Positions 1 through 10,820 of a stretch of 56,076 nt of DNA are shown here, one piece after another. The notes beneath the pieces were generated by a model, which was not told the origin of the DNA, made no database searches, and saw nothing but the letters and a program-made list of their open reading frames with translations. This DNA comes from a virus (Duplodnaviria; Caudoviricetes), in IMG/VR virus record IMGVR_UViG_3300034093_001920, positions 1 to 56,076 of that record, one strand, 5' to 3'. The position numbers and the translations under genes are program-made. The number at the start of each line of letters is the position of its first letter. Positions within the stretch are counted from its first letter, which is position 1.

Positions 1-41
1 ATTACTGACGCTAGACTTATTATTGAATACTTAGGAGCATA

Positions 42-932
42 ATGCCTGCACGTAATACTTATGTAAAAACTGCTAGTGGTTGGGAACAAATTGCCACCAC
101 TATCCAAGCGGTTCCGCAAGGCCTCGTGCCCATCGTTCCAACATCGGTCGTAAACGGTTCGTTCACTGGAGACGGTGTCGTTTCATTCGCGAGTGCTGGA
201 AGCGTAAGCTTGAACGGCGTGTTCACTTCGGCGTTCACGAACTACATCATCACTTACAACCTTATCTCTGGAAGTTCCGACGCCGCAGTTCAGATACGGT
301 TCAGGGCGAGCGGCACGGATGATTCCGCAACTTCGTATGTGACATCTTATCAAGAGTCAACGGCTGGGGGCGCGTTCACTGCGTCTGGAGGAACAACAAG
401 CAGTATCCGTGTGGGTCGAATGTCGACAACTGGCGCTGGTGGTGAGATTCAAGTTTTTGCACCACAACTTTCAACCACGCGAAGTCGAGCGGTTGCTAGG
501 TCTATGGATAGCACCCACTTCGCTCAAGGCGGAGGAACTTGGAACGCTAACAAGACCCACGATGGTGTGACGCTAATCCTTAGTGGTATTACTGGGACAG
601 GCACTTTGCAGGTCTTCGGGTATTCAAAGGGCGGACTAACACAGCCTCAGACCATCCAACCGTACGCAATGTCCGCTGGAACCGCTACGGCAGTCGGTAC
701 TGGTGGAACAACCGCAAGCGCAACCGTGACCTTTCCTACTGGTCGGTTTAGCGTAGCCCCGATAGTAACTGCATCGTTTACACAGGGAAGTATCTTTATC
801 GCAAACGCAAACACCGCAACATCAACGGGCGTAACTATTGTTCTCCGTGACCGTAACGACGCTGCAATAACGGGTTCTTACAGCGTGGCTTGGCAAGCAA
901 TTCAAATGACCTCCGCAAGCGGAAGTGGATAG
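42..932 (+). CDS. Tail fiber / minor tail protein with C-terminal H-type-lectin/gp53-like domain
   Basis: Rich in Gly/Ser/Thr. C-terminal 'TVTFPTGRFSVAPIVTAS...VAWQAIQ' is typical of fiber ends. AGGAG SD. Confidence 0.65.
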   Translation: MPARNTYVKTASGWEQIATTIQAVPQGLVPIVPTSVVNGSFTGDGVVSFASAGSVSLNGVFTSAFTNYIITYNLISGSSDAAVQIRFRASGTDDSATSYVTSYQESTAGGAFTASGGTTSSIRVGRMSTTGAGGEIQVFAPQLSTTRSRAVARSMDSTHFAQGGGTWNANKTHDGVTLILSGITGTGTLQVFGYSKGGLTQPQTIQPYAMSAGTATAVGTGGTTASATVTFPTGRFSVAPIVTASFTQGSIFIANANTATSTGVTIVLRDRNDAAITGSYSVAWQAIQMTSASGSG

Positions 933-941
933 GATAAAACA

Positions 942-1148
942 ATGGATGAAATGGAATTTCAAGAGTACATGGTTACGTGCCACACCCAAAGTTGTAGCAA
1001 CGGTAACACCCCCATCCTTGTAATGGCTCCTGTCATTGCTCCCACGGTTGTATGCGGAGTGTGCACCGTCGAAATAACCGACGTGGTAGTGGCTTCTGAA
1101 TGGGTGCCTCCCATTGAAGAACAAGTAAGCCCTGAAGAAACCGCGTAA
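942..1148 (+). CDS. Small Cys-containing protein, possible fiber chaperone
   Basis: CxxxxC...CxxC, directly after the fiber gene. Confidence 0.5.
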   Translation: MDEMEFQEYMVTCHTQSCSNGNTPILVMAPVIAPTVVCGVCTVEITDVVVASEWVPPIEEQVSPEETA

Positions 1149-1185
1149 ATAAGCGACAATAGATAAAGAGACTTAGGAGACAATC

Positions 1186-1623
1186 ATGGTAGCTAGTTAC
1201 CCCGTATCTGCACCCGTTTTGCCCGCAACGCAGGTTGACGGAACGAGTACCGTAAACGCAGAAGACGTAAACCTTGTGTACGATGAGCTTGCGGCAGTTG
1301 CGACTACTTTGGGCGTGGCCCCCGCAACGCGAAGTGCTGCTTGGGGCAGCAACTCGTACAACACAGGTACTTTAACGTTTGGAACTGTTGGTGCTCGCAT
1401 CAAAAATGTTGAAGACGGAGTTCAGGTAATTACGGCATCCGCACTTACCACCGTAGGAAACAAGACTGTTACCGTTGCCAGTGACGCAAACGTCAGCCTT
1501 GCGCTCAAAGCTAAGTCTGGTCAGACAGGGAACTTGTTTGAAACTCGATTGAGCGACAATACTCTTGTGACAGAAATCAACGCGTCAGGCTACATTGTAG
1601 CTATTGACGGCGGCACTGCCTAG
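1186..1623 (+). CDS. Virion structural protein (tail region)
   Basis: AGGAG SD, 'VNAEDVNLVYDEL' motif, tail gene context. Confidence 0.55.
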   Translation: MVASYPVSAPVLPATQVDGTSTVNAEDVNLVYDELAAVATTLGVAPATRSAAWGSNSYNTGTLTFGTVGARIKNVEDGVQVITASALTTVGNKTVTVASDANVSLALKAKSGQTGNLFETRLSDNTLVTEINASGYIVAIDGGTA

Positions 1624-1632
1624 GAGTAATTC

Positions 1633-4167
1633 GTGGCTAAATACGGCGGGTTTCTGTACTACCCTAGCGGGAATGCTCTAGCAAAAGTCTACGGTGGCGC
1701 TGCGCTTCCTTCGCTCTCGGTTGAGCCGTTTACCGCGCTCACTGTCGATTACGACCAAGTTGAACTTTCATGGGTCAATCCTGTGGGGGACTTTCGTAGG
1801 TTTAGGCTTCTGCGGAGTCAAGAAGGAATCCCCGACACAGAAGAAGACGGGCTGATTCTTTACGACAGTGCAACTGTTCCGTCTTTCACAACGTTTACCG
1901 ACAACGGCACTCTTCAGTCGGGAAACGTCGTCCCCATTATTCGCGGACGGCACGTGTACTACAGCATCTGGCTGTGGCTCGGGGAAGATGAGTTTAACCG
2001 CTGGTATTTAGTGGGAAATGTGTACACCACAATGCCTACTTCTCACCCTGTTATCACGGGAACTGGAACAGAGTCCACCACCCACACTAGGTTGATGGAA
2101 AGTCTTCCAAAGATTTTAACTAGCAGTGATTTAAACGCGCTAGGAACCACGGACTACGAGTCTGATTTAGCAAAGTTCCTCCAAGGGTTTTCGTTTACGA
2201 CGGACCAGCTGCTCACTCTTACTGACTTGTTGCTTCCTAACAGCAGTTTTATAAATCTTACCCCTGAGCTTCTTAACGCCTATGCGGGAAACTTGGGAGT
2301 AGAGCCAGAAAACAGGCTTTCAACAAAGTATCAGCGAAAGCTTGTTCGTAACGCACTGCTGCTGTACGCAGAAAAGGGCACAAGTTCTTCTCTTAACGGA
2401 TTCGTAGAGTCCCTGACTGGGTACTCAACAGACATAGTTTTGTCTCCTAACTTAATGCTTAGCGCTCAAGACTCTACTTTTTACAAGGGAGTGGGAAACT
2501 GGGTTGCGGGAGCAAACTGTGCAATTACGTCGGTGGTTGGAACACCACCAGATGTGGGTGAGGCAACTACCTCTGAACTTCGTTACCGCGTAGATTCAAA
2601 CTACATTGGTCAGGTGATTACCAGTGCGGCAGACGCGGTAGTGACAAACGGTGCGGCAAATGTTCGCACCAAAGGAATTCCTGTCATTGGCGATACTCTT
2701 TACGTTTTTTCGTTTTACCAAAAAACAGTAGCAACTACTCCCACTCTGACGCTCGGTGTTTCGTGGTACGACTACACGGGGAACATCATTGGCACTCAAG
2801 TAACGGGAACTGGTACGGGAACCGCTGCGTGGACCAAACTCTCTTCGGCTGAGTTGCTTTCTCCGACTAACGCTGTGTATGCGGTTGTGTCCATAAAGTT
2901 TAGCGCGGCTAATACTTACTTCATTGACATGATTCAGTTTGCAGAATCTTCGGTTGTAGAAACTTCTGAGGCGCGAGGAGTGGGCGTTGTTTTATCTCCC
3001 ACCAAACAAAACCTTATTCTTAATCCTTCTGTAGAAGACAACACAACTGGCTGGACGGGTACAAACACCACTCTAACAACCGCTTTGCTTGGAACCCCAA
3101 TTAGTGGAGTTCCGACAGGTCTGGACTACTTGGTATCCACGGCGTCCTCGGCGGCAAACGTTGTAATCGCAACGACCTCGCCTGCGGCAACGGTTAACCC
3201 TGGCGATTACACCTTCTCTGCGTATTTAAAATCAGCCACTTCCCCAACCGCGGGCTACAACGTAACCATTGAAGCGTATAACTCAACCCCGTATTCAAAC
3301 TATGTGGCAGTCCCTACTCCCACAGGTGCGTCTACTGGTTGGTCTTACGCCGCGGGGACTGGTGGGACCTTTACCACTACATACCCGTCTTCTGGTGGCC
3401 CGCCCGATAACGCAACTAATGTTTCCCTTGCGTTTTCTGCAACACCTACTAGCGGTGACGTTAGCGTAGCGGTCTCTTCGGCAGGAATTGCCCCGACGCT
3501 TGTTGCCGACACCGAATACGCCTTTAAGATATGGGTGCGGACATCTCGCACCGCCACTCTTTTCCCTGTAATTACGTGGACTGGCGCGGACGAAGAAACG
3601 GGTGATGACGTAGTAATCGCGGCAAACACGTGGACACAAGTTCAGTTTACAACTACAGCTCCCAGTGAAGCAACCGACGTAGGTGTTGCACTTGTCTTCG
3701 CGGTGAGCGACAACAGTTTTGCAAGTGGTGACACAATCAAAGTTGCAAAAGCGGAATTTGGCCCAGTAACGTACATAAGTACAACTAACTGGGACCCGTC
3801 GGATAATGTATGGGAAAGATTCGCCGCCACTGTGTCGGTTCCTTCCTCGGCAGTAATTCCCGACGCCATGTCGTTTAAAACAACGATTTCGTATGTTGCT
3901 ACCGCCGCTACTGTTGGCCTTGACGGTGCGCAGTTAGAGTACGGAAACCACGCTACGGACTATTTTGACGGGTCGTCGTACAACGCTAACTGGAATGGTG
4001 GCGACACCGCTGCGGGTGCCGCGTACTCCCACATGTACGGAAGTCGTGATTCCAAAATTGCTCGTCTTGGGCAAGAACTTGTAAACTATCTACCGCTCGG
4101 CACACCTTACTACGTAGAAACCACTGAGGGCGTTGAGTTTATAGGAACATTTAAGGGGTACGCATAG
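1633..4167 (+). CDS. Baseplate wedge / tail protein (FN3-like + P2 gpI-like + carbohydrate-binding-like repeats)
   Basis: 'LLNAYAGNLG...QRKLVRNALLLYAEKGT' resembles Tail_P2_I. Repeated NL(I/M)xN...GW beta-sandwich modules. 'YFDGS..W' near the C-terminus. Confidence 0.7.
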   Translation: MAKYGGFLYYPSGNALAKVYGGAALPSLSVEPFTALTVDYDQVELSWVNPVGDFRRFRLLRSQEGIPDTEEDGLILYDSATVPSFTTFTDNGTLQSGNVVPIIRGRHVYYSIWLWLGEDEFNRWYLVGNVYTTMPTSHPVITGTGTESTTHTRLMESLPKILTSSDLNALGTTDYESDLAKFLQGFSFTTDQLLTLTDLLLPNSSFINLTPELLNAYAGNLGVEPENRLSTKYQRKLVRNALLLYAEKGTSSSLNGFVESLTGYSTDIVLSPNLMLSAQDSTFYKGVGNWVAGANCAITSVVGTPPDVGEATTSELRYRVDSNYIGQVITSAADAVVTNGAANVRTKGIPVIGDTLYVFSFYQKTVATTPTLTLGVSWYDYTGNIIGTQVTGTGTGTAAWTKLSSAELLSPTNAVYAVVSIKFSAANTYFIDMIQFAESSVVETSEARGVGVVLSPTKQNLILNPSVEDNTTGWTGTNTTLTTALLGTPISGVPTGLDYLVSTASSAANVVIATTSPAATVNPGDYTFSAYLKSATSPTAGYNVTIEAYNSTPYSNYVAVPTPTGASTGWSYAAGTGGTFTTTYPSSGGPPDNATNVSLAFSATPTSGDVSVAVSSAGIAPTLVADTEYAFKIWVRTSRTATLFPVITWTGADEETGDDVVIAANTWTQVQFTTTAPSEATDVGVALVFAVSDNSFASGDTIKVAKAEFGPVTYISTTNWDPSDNVWERFAATVSVPSSAVIPDAMSFKTTISYVATAATVGLDGAQLEYGNHATDYFDGSSYNANWNGGDTAAGAAYSHMYGSRDSKIARLGQELVNYLPLGTPYYVETTEGVEFIGTFKGYA

Positions 4168-4173
4168 TAGACT
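4168..4173 (+). promoter_or_regulatory. -10 element of a leaderless promoter
   Basis: TAGACT exactly 6 nt before ATG 4180, no SD. Confidence 0.6.
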
Positions 4174-4179
4174 GCGGGA

Positions 4180-4458
4180 ATGGACACATTACTCGTAGTA
4201 CTTCTCGTCTCTTTCGCAGTTGCATTTACAACTGAACTTCTTTCCTTTATCTTTGGATTGATTCCTTTTCTGAACCAGGTTAGTGTCGCTATGTTGACAT
4301 TACCTGTGTCTGTGGTCTACCATAGCATTCTCGGTACAACGTACCCAGACATAGTGATTGAGTCGACGGCAACGGCGTTCTTGGCGCTTGTTCTTGGTGT
4401 TATTGTTGAACGAGTAAATACTGAACCAATTGAAATACGGAGGGGGAAGCGTGGATAA
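4180..4458 (+). CDS. Small membrane protein (about 3 TM, holin-like)
   Basis: Hydrophobic segments and a basic C-terminus. Confidence 0.55.
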   Translation: MDTLLVVLLVSFAVAFTTELLSFIFGLIPFLNQVSVAMLTLPVSVVYHSILGTTYPDIVIESTATAFLALVLGVIVERVNTEPIEIRRGKRG

Positions 4459-4594
4459 GGAAGACCGACTTCGCGAACTTATCGCGGAATGGGCACCAGA
4501 AGCAACTGACTTGGAGCGGGACGCTTTGGTGTTTATGTTTCTGAACAACATTGACGCCGTAAAGAATTACTTTGAGGGGCCTAAGACAGAGTGA
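4451..4594 (+). CDS. Hypothetical 47-aa protein (not in ORF track)
   Basis: GTG start, MDKEDRLRELIAEW..., stop overlaps the next start (GTGA). Confidence 0.55.
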   Translation: MDKEDRLRELIAEWAPEATDLERDALVFMFLNNIDAVKNYFEGPKTE

Positions 4595-5538
4595 GTATTC
4601 CTGAGGAGATTTTTTCTCTTCCGCTAAGACACTCTGAACTCAAGACCTTTGTAGCCATCTATCGCACTAGCGTGGATGGTGTTTCAGACATCTCTACGGA
4701 AGAACTTAAGAGCCAAACAGGCTACAGCACTGAGACACTCAGGCGGGCTTTTCGCGCGCTCGAATCCCATGGGGTAATTGTGACTGAGCGTACCAAAAAG
4801 AGCTACAGCCACGTCTACAGCAACAGGTACTCGAACAATCGGTACCACGTCAAGTTGTGGTCCTCAGTTGTGGGGTCCTCATCTGATACAGGTAGTAGTA
4901 ACTACAACACAGTAGGGAAAACAGTAGGGAAAGAAGATACTGCGTATCTTCTTATGCCGCAAGCGGCAGAAACGGAGGCTGGTGCAATGGTGGGATGGAA
5001 GAACGAAGACGATGACTCGGTAGGTGGCTTCGGGCTCTTCGAGGAAGAGGTCGAGGAGAAGGTCGCGTCGAAGGTCAAGCCACCGAGCAAACGAGACCCG
5101 CGGACTCGCGGTCGCAGACCTATCGAAGACTGGACCGTGTACGATGTTGCCTCAGAGTTTTCCTTCAGGCTGGGCCGAAAGTTCCCGTACAGTCCTGGGC
5201 TGGTAAACGTCCAAGCCATCAGTGGCGCGCTCCGCCAATGGCGAAACGCACACGGAATCACTCCCACGGTTGAGGTTGAGATTATGAACTCCTTCTTTGC
5301 CGATGACAGGAACTACCTTGGTGCCGACAAGAACCCCGAACAAGTTCACAAGTGGTACTTGAGAATGTTCAAGACTGAAATGGCGGACACCCTGATTAAC
5401 TTCGGCATACACGCCGATGCAGACCCCGATTCGACAAAGCCCGAAGAGTTCGTATATGCTTCAGACGGAAAGCGTTTTGACAACTCAAACTTTGGACGAC
5501 GCGAACGCGACCGTTACGAATCATCTTTGGAGGGGTAA
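4591..5538 (+). CDS. HTH replication initiator-like protein
   Basis: N-terminal wHTH 'STEELKSQTGYSTETLRRAFRALESHGVI', upstream of a DnaC-like gene. Confidence 0.65.
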   Translation: MSIPEEIFSLPLRHSELKTFVAIYRTSVDGVSDISTEELKSQTGYSTETLRRAFRALESHGVIVTERTKKSYSHVYSNRYSNNRYHVKLWSSVVGSSSDTGSSNYNTVGKTVGKEDTAYLLMPQAAETEAGAMVGWKNEDDDSVGGFGLFEEEVEEKVASKVKPPSKRDPRTRGRRPIEDWTVYDVASEFSFRLGRKFPYSPGLVNVQAISGALRQWRNAHGITPTVEVEIMNSFFADDRNYLGADKNPEQVHKWYLRMFKTEMADTLINFGIHADADPDSTKPEEFVYASDGKRFDNSNFGRRERDRYESSLEG

Positions 5539-6257
5539 TGACTTACAACATTGGGGAACTCAGTCCGATGAAGCGACACTGGATTAGCAAGAGTTCTAAC
5601 ATTCCCACGCGCTTCTGGGGCTTTGAGCCGAGCGACATCGTCCGTGACAAAGGTTCTTTTCCTGACGACATCTACGACTGGATGAAGACCCTGCAGGAAG
5701 GGCTGTGTATCAAGCACCCTGGCGGACTTGGGACTACAGGCCGAGGACTGCTGTTTGACGGCAAGCCAGGAATGGGAAAGACTACCCACGCGGTAACGAC
5801 CCTCATGGAGATTGTCCGCTACCTCCCCGACGAGGATGACGAGTGTCGCAAACTTCTTCACTACTCGATGCAGGACTTCACCCACAACGCTCGACCCGTG
5901 TATTACCTGACCATGACAGACCTTTTGTGGAAAAAGAAGAGCGCATGGGACGCTGAGGGCGAGGAACAAAAGCGTCTTGTTTCCGAAATGGAAGGCTTTC
6001 ACGGTAGGTCCCGAGATGATAGACTGAACGTAAGAGTTCTTGTTCTTGATGACCTTGGCAAAGAGTACGGTTCGGAATACGATAAGTTTTCGTTTGATGA
6101 AATCCTTCGCTCACGCTACGACCAGGGACTCCCCACGATTATTACCACCAACACCCCGCGCGAAAACTGGAAGACAAAGTACGGCGAAGTTATGGCAAGC
6201 TTTGCGTTCGAGGCGTTCAAGCGGGTATCCCTCACTGGCTCAGATTTGAGGGCATAA
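5538..6257 (+). CDS. dnaC: DnaC/IstB-like helicase loader ATPase
   Basis: Walker A GKPGMGKT, Walker B LVLDDLGKE, 'RY...PTIITTN'. Confidence 0.85.
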   Translation: MTYNIGELSPMKRHWISKSSNIPTRFWGFEPSDIVRDKGSFPDDIYDWMKTLQEGLCIKHPGGLGTTGRGLLFDGKPGMGKTTHAVTTLMEIVRYLPDEDDECRKLLHYSMQDFTHNARPVYYLTMTDLLWKKKSAWDAEGEEQKRLVSEMEGFHGRSRDDRLNVRVLVLDDLGKEYGSEYDKFSFDEILRSRYDQGLPTIITTNTPRENWKTKYGEVMASFAFEAFKRVSLTGSDLRA

Positions 6258-6259
6258 CG

Positions 6260-6565
6260 ATGAGAGGAACGGACATGGCGGATTGGCTTACCATCCAGAT
6301 GTTCGTCTCAGACGACGGCGTGTGTGAGGTTCTCGGGAACCATGACGATTACCGCAAGATGCGATGCACCTGCGCCGCGTGGAATCCTTTTGCAAAATGT
6401 AAGCACGTTAGGCACATGCGGAAGACAATGGAAGACAACGGGGGAGTACTGAACGTGTCTATCCCCGAGACTGCTACTGAAGAAGAGATTGACGCCGCGA
6501 TGGATAGCGCATCCAACTTTCGCGCACTGCTAATTAAGTACAGCAAGATTGAGTACATTCCGTGA
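6260..6565 (+). CDS. SWIM zinc-finger protein
   Basis: CxC...CKH motif. Start may be ATG 6275. Confidence 0.65.
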   Translation: MRGTDMADWLTIQMFVSDDGVCEVLGNHDDYRKMRCTCAAWNPFAKCKHVRHMRKTMEDNGGVLNVSIPETATEEEIDAAMDSASNFRALLIKYSKIEYIP

Positions 6566-6999
6566 TTGGTGGAGACATCTCCAACTCCACGCCTCCGCGA
6601 ATTATTGTTGTTGCGGATGTAGTTGTAGAATCAATCGTTACCGATAACAGCGATGTTCCCGCCCTCAAGAAGTTCTTTACTCGAGCACCTGAGGCCAAGA
6701 AGATTATTAAATGGAACAACATGGCTCTCTCTCACTTGTGGCGAGTTGCGGACAGGTACGGATTGTCGGTAGAGTTAGTGGCGTACGCAGACGAGGACTG
6801 GACGCAGAAAGACCTCGACAACTTGATGGCGAAACTAGACGCAAGGGGCGGCAACCCGTTTAACTACGCACAGATTTACGATGATTTCCACGAGCTGGTA
6901 GGGGAACTCCCATACCGTGGTAATCTGAAAGCAGTAATCGACCAACCTGGTGGAGTTGCTCGCTACGGGTCCTACGGACTCGAACTACAAAATCTTTAG
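6562..6999 (+). CDS. Hypothetical protein
   Basis: Coupled ORF in the replication operon. Confidence 0.6.
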   Translation: MIGGDISNSTPPRIIVVADVVVESIVTDNSDVPALKKFFTRAPEAKKIIKWNNMALSHLWRVADRYGLSVELVAYADEDWTQKDLDNLMAKLDARGGNPFNYAQIYDDFHELVGELPYRGNLKAVIDQPGGVARYGSYGLELQNL

Positions 7000-7027
7000 A
7001 TACAATTAACACTGGAGGGGAATCCAA

Positions 7028-8275
7028 ATGGCGCACGACAACGAGTATCGGCTAGTAAGCAAGGTAGTTACTGACCGCAACATCATTCCTGTCATGGAGG
7101 CAGGAGTTAAAGACGAGTGGATTGTCGATGACGACCTCCGCCGTGTATGGAAGTTTGTTCGTGACCACTACGCACGGTACAGCGAGGTTCCGACCTACAC
7201 CACGGTCAAGGACAACTACCCTAACTTCCAGGCGCTCAAGGTCGAAGACACAATTGACTATCTCATCGACCAGATGGTGTCATTCCGACGGAAGACCCTC
7301 ACGCTCCAGGGCGCAGAGCAAATCATTGAGAAGCTTCAGACCAACGACCACGAGTCAGCCATCAACGCCATGGGCAAGACCATTCAGTTGGTCAACGAGC
7401 AGGGTGTCCAAGGAACCACTCACATCGACATTTCTAAAGATGCAGACAAGTTTTGGGAAGAGTACGAGCGAGTTCAGAACTCAGAGTTTCTCGGTATCCC
7501 TACTGGGTTTGAGAAGATTGATGAAGCAACTGCTGGACTCCAGGGCGGTCAGCTGATTACCTTTATTGCCCCACCAAAAACTGGTAAGTCCCAGATTGCA
7601 CTTCAGATGGCAATCAACGTTCACGAAATTGGCAAGGTTCCGATGTTCCAATCCTTTGAGATGAACAACCACGAGCAGAGCCAACGCCACAGCGCCATGC
7701 GCTCCCACATTTCGCACACCAATCTTCGCCGTGGAAAGCTCAAGTCCGCAGAAGAAGACCGTTTCGTCGAGATGATTGACCGCATGAAGACTATGCAACC
7801 CTTCCACCTGGTTGACGCCATTAACGGTCTTACGGTCGATTCTTTGGTTGCCAAAGCCGAGCAGTTGAAGCCCGATATTCTCTTTGTAGACGGCGTATAC
7901 TTGATGATGGACCAAGTTACTGGGGAAGCGAACACGCCCCAAGCACTGACAAATATCACGCGAGCGTTGAAGCGCGTTGCCCAAAGACTTGACATCCCCG
8001 TAGTAATTACCACCCAGACCCTTTTGTGGAAAATGAAGGGTGGCAAAGTGTCGGCAGATTCGATTGGTTACTCCTCCTCGTTCTTCCAGGACTCCGACGT
8101 TATTTTGGGACTTGAGCCTGTAGAAGACGACGAGTCAATCCGTGTCCTCAAGGTAGTCCAGTCGCGTAACTGTCCCCCTTCCCAAACATCTATTACGTGG
8201 GGCTGGGACACGGGGTGTTTCCACGACGAGACAAAGCAGTCCGCCTGTAAGTTCTGCGTACCCTGGACGCCCTAA
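7028..8275 (+). CDS. dnaB: DnaB-like replicative helicase
   Basis: GIPTGF..ID, Walker A APPKTGKS, SFEM, ILFVDG, QDSDVIL. Confidence 0.92.
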   Translation: MAHDNEYRLVSKVVTDRNIIPVMEAGVKDEWIVDDDLRRVWKFVRDHYARYSEVPTYTTVKDNYPNFQALKVEDTIDYLIDQMVSFRRKTLTLQGAEQIIEKLQTNDHESAINAMGKTIQLVNEQGVQGTTHIDISKDADKFWEEYERVQNSEFLGIPTGFEKIDEATAGLQGGQLITFIAPPKTGKSQIALQMAINVHEIGKVPMFQSFEMNNHEQSQRHSAMRSHISHTNLRRGKLKSAEEDRFVEMIDRMKTMQPFHLVDAINGLTVDSLVAKAEQLKPDILFVDGVYLMMDQVTGEANTPQALTNITRALKRVAQRLDIPVVITTQTLLWKMKGGKVSADSIGYSSSFFQDSDVILGLEPVEDDESIRVLKVVQSRNCPPSQTSITWGWDTGCFHDETKQSACKFCVPWTP

Positions 8276-9246
8276 TGTACGACATCGAAACGGTCCTTGC
8301 GGAACTCGAGATTAGCTTTGATGTCCGTAATAACGAGGCGTTGGCGCTGTGCCCCATGCACAGAGCGCGCACAGGAGCCGCTGACCACTCGCCGTCGTGG
8401 TGGATTAACCTTGATACAGGGGCGCACATGTGCTTCTCCTGCCACTACAAGGGCAGTATTCTCCAACTTATTTGTGACATCAAAGACTTTTTTACAGACA
8501 CTTGGGGAGTAAAAGAGCACGACTACGAGTCCGCAAAAGCCTGGCTCGCAAATGTTTCTGAGATTACTCCCGAGAAGTTGGCAATGGCGCTAGCCAAGAT
8601 TCCTCGTCAACACGAAGAGTACGTACGCCCACTGGAGATGTCAGAAGCCCGTCTTGCCGTGTTCGTTAGCCCACCTCAGGAACACCTTGAGCAAAGGAAG
8701 ATTACACATGAATCCGCGAAAGCCTACGAGATACTCTGGGACGCAACAAAAGAGTGCTGGGTACTCCCTCTCCGAAACCCCCAAACGGGAAAGCTCCTTG
8801 GGTGGCAAGAAAAAGGAACAATCAACCGCTCGTTCTTCAACCGTCCGACAGGACTCAAGAAGTCCTCGACGCTTTTCGGGTACACAACTCTCGTCGATGG
8901 TGACGTTGTTGTGGTTGAGTCTCCTCTTGATTGCGCTCGTCTGCGCAGCGCTGGAGTTAGCAACGTTGTAGCCATCTGTGGGTCAACCATCAGCGAGGAC
9001 CAGTTCAAACTTATTCGGTATGCCGACCGTGTCATTGCCGCGTTTGACAACCCCAAGATAGACAACGCGGGTAAGTCGGCCTCGCAAGATATTCGTAAAC
9101 TCGCTAGTAAATACGGTGTAAACCTCCTCTTTTTCAACTATGGTGAAACTGGGAAGAAAGACCCTGGCGACCTTACCGAGGACGAGATTGCGTGGGGACT
9201 TTCCAACGCACAATCGGCACTAATCGGTGAGAAAGCGTATGTTTAA
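8275..9246 (+). CDS. dnaG: DNA primase (CHC2 zinc finger + TOPRIM)
   Basis: CPMH...CFSC, VVVESPLD, AFDN...AG, KDPGD. Confidence 0.9.
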   Translation: MYDIETVLAELEISFDVRNNEALALCPMHRARTGAADHSPSWWINLDTGAHMCFSCHYKGSILQLICDIKDFFTDTWGVKEHDYESAKAWLANVSEITPEKLAMALAKIPRQHEEYVRPLEMSEARLAVFVSPPQEHLEQRKITHESAKAYEILWDATKECWVLPLRNPQTGKLLGWQEKGTINRSFFNRPTGLKKSSTLFGYTTLVDGDVVVVESPLDCARLRSAGVSNVVAICGSTISEDQFKLIRYADRVIAAFDNPKIDNAGKSASQDIRKLASKYGVNLLFFNYGETGKKDPGDLTEDEIAWGLSNAQSALIGEKAYV

Positions 9247-10810
9247 AGGAACACTAAAACCGTACCAAGTAGAAGCGGTCGACAAGATGGTCGACAAAAA
9301 ACAAGTTCTTGTTGCCTACCAGATGGGTCTTGGCAAAACGCCAATGACAATCGCCGCTATCGAGGCGCTTCGAAAGAACAACGAGATTACAGAGACAGTT
9401 CTGATTCTTTGTTTAGCGAGCCTAAAGTATCAGTGGCAAAAAGAGATTGAGAAGTTTACTGGATACGAATCTTTGGTGATTGACGGTTCTCCCAAAGTGC
9501 GTAAAGACCAGTATGACCGTGCAAAACAATACCGTTACATCATCATGAACTACGAGCAAGTGGTGAACGACTGGGACTTCATCAAAGACGAAGTATTCAG
9601 CGCCATCATCTGTGACGAAGCAACCGCCATCAAGGGATTCCGCGCTAAGCGTGCCAAGAAGGTAAAGGAACTCGCCAAGAAGATTCCCGTTCGATATGCC
9701 CTCACGGGTACACCAATTGAGAACGGACGTCCAGAAGAAATCTTTTCTATCATGCAGTTTGTTAATCCAACCATCCTGGGTCGCTTTGATTTATTCGACA
9801 AGACGTTCATCGTCCGCAATCACTTTGGGGGAGTACAGCGATACCGCAATCTAGAGACGTTGCACAAAGCCTTGACAGAACACTCTGTCCGTAAGGCACA
9901 GACCGACGACGACGTAAAGCCGTATCTACCCGACGCAATCTACCGTGAACCACTGTTAGTTCCTGTAGATGCAAAGACCAAGAAGTTGTACAACCACATT
10001 GCAACTGACCTTCTTGACCTTCTAACGCAGGCATCTTCTTTATTTGGAAGTGGGTTCAGCCTCCAGGCGCACTACGGTCAGGGCCAACAGATGGGCGACC
10101 CCGCCAGCGAAATGCGTGGGCACATCATGTCCCGAATCACAGCCTTACGGATGCTTTGCTCAAATCCTAAACTCCTTACGGATAGCTACGCTAACTTTGC
10201 CAAGATGGAAGGTAAGGGAAGTGCATACGCTCATCAGCTCGGTGAGGCAGGACTTCTAGAGGGACTCACTAAGACGCCTAAGTTAGATGCAACTATTGGT
10301 TACCTCATGGAACACCTGGACATTGACCCAAGCTACAAGGCAGTGATTTTTTCTAGTTACCTTGGTTCTGTTGACCAGTTACAGCAGCGCATCGCCGCAA
10401 AGGGCATTGACTCAGTTATCTACACGGGCGAAATGAACGCGTTGCAGAAGGAAGCCAACAAGACGTTGTTTAAGACTGACCCCGATACTCGCGTTATCAT
10501 CTCGTCGGATGCAGGCGGATACGGCGTGGACTTGCCTGAAGGTAATCTACTCATCAACTACGACCAGCCGTGGTCGAGTGGACTAAGCATGCAGCGCAAC
10601 GGGCGAATCAACCGCGCAAGTAGTGAATGGGAAACAATTACTATTCAAGACATTCTTATTCGCGATTCGATAGAACAGCGACAACATGATATGCTGAAGC
10701 AGAAGGTGGCAGTCGCTAACGCAGTTCTCGACGGAAGTGGTATCAACGAGAAGGGCGGAGTTGACCTCACCGTAGGAAGTCTGATAAGCTTTCTAACACC
10801 AAGAATATAG
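9239..10810 (+). CDS. SNF2-family helicase
   Basis: LKPYQ, QMGLGKT, DEA, LTGTPIEN, QRNGRINR. ATG 9239 preferred as start. Confidence 0.9.
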   Translation: MFKGTLKPYQVEAVDKMVDKKQVLVAYQMGLGKTPMTIAAIEALRKNNEITETVLILCLASLKYQWQKEIEKFTGYESLVIDGSPKVRKDQYDRAKQYRYIIMNYEQVVNDWDFIKDEVFSAIICDEATAIKGFRAKRAKKVKELAKKIPVRYALTGTPIENGRPEEIFSIMQFVNPTILGRFDLFDKTFIVRNHFGGVQRYRNLETLHKALTEHSVRKAQTDDDVKPYLPDAIYREPLLVPVDAKTKKLYNHIATDLLDLLTQASSLFGSGFSLQAHYGQGQQMGDPASEMRGHIMSRITALRMLCSNPKLLTDSYANFAKMEGKGSAYAHQLGEAGLLEGLTKTPKLDATIGYLMEHLDIDPSYKAVIFSSYLGSVDQLQQRIAAKGIDSVIYTGEMNALQKEANKTLFKTDPDTRVIISSDAGGYGVDLPEGNLLINYDQPWSSGLSMQRNGRINRASSEWETITIQDILIRDSIEQRQHDMLKQKVAVANAVLDGSGINEKGGVDLTVGSLISFLTPRI

Positions 10811-10820
10811 GAGGGGCAGT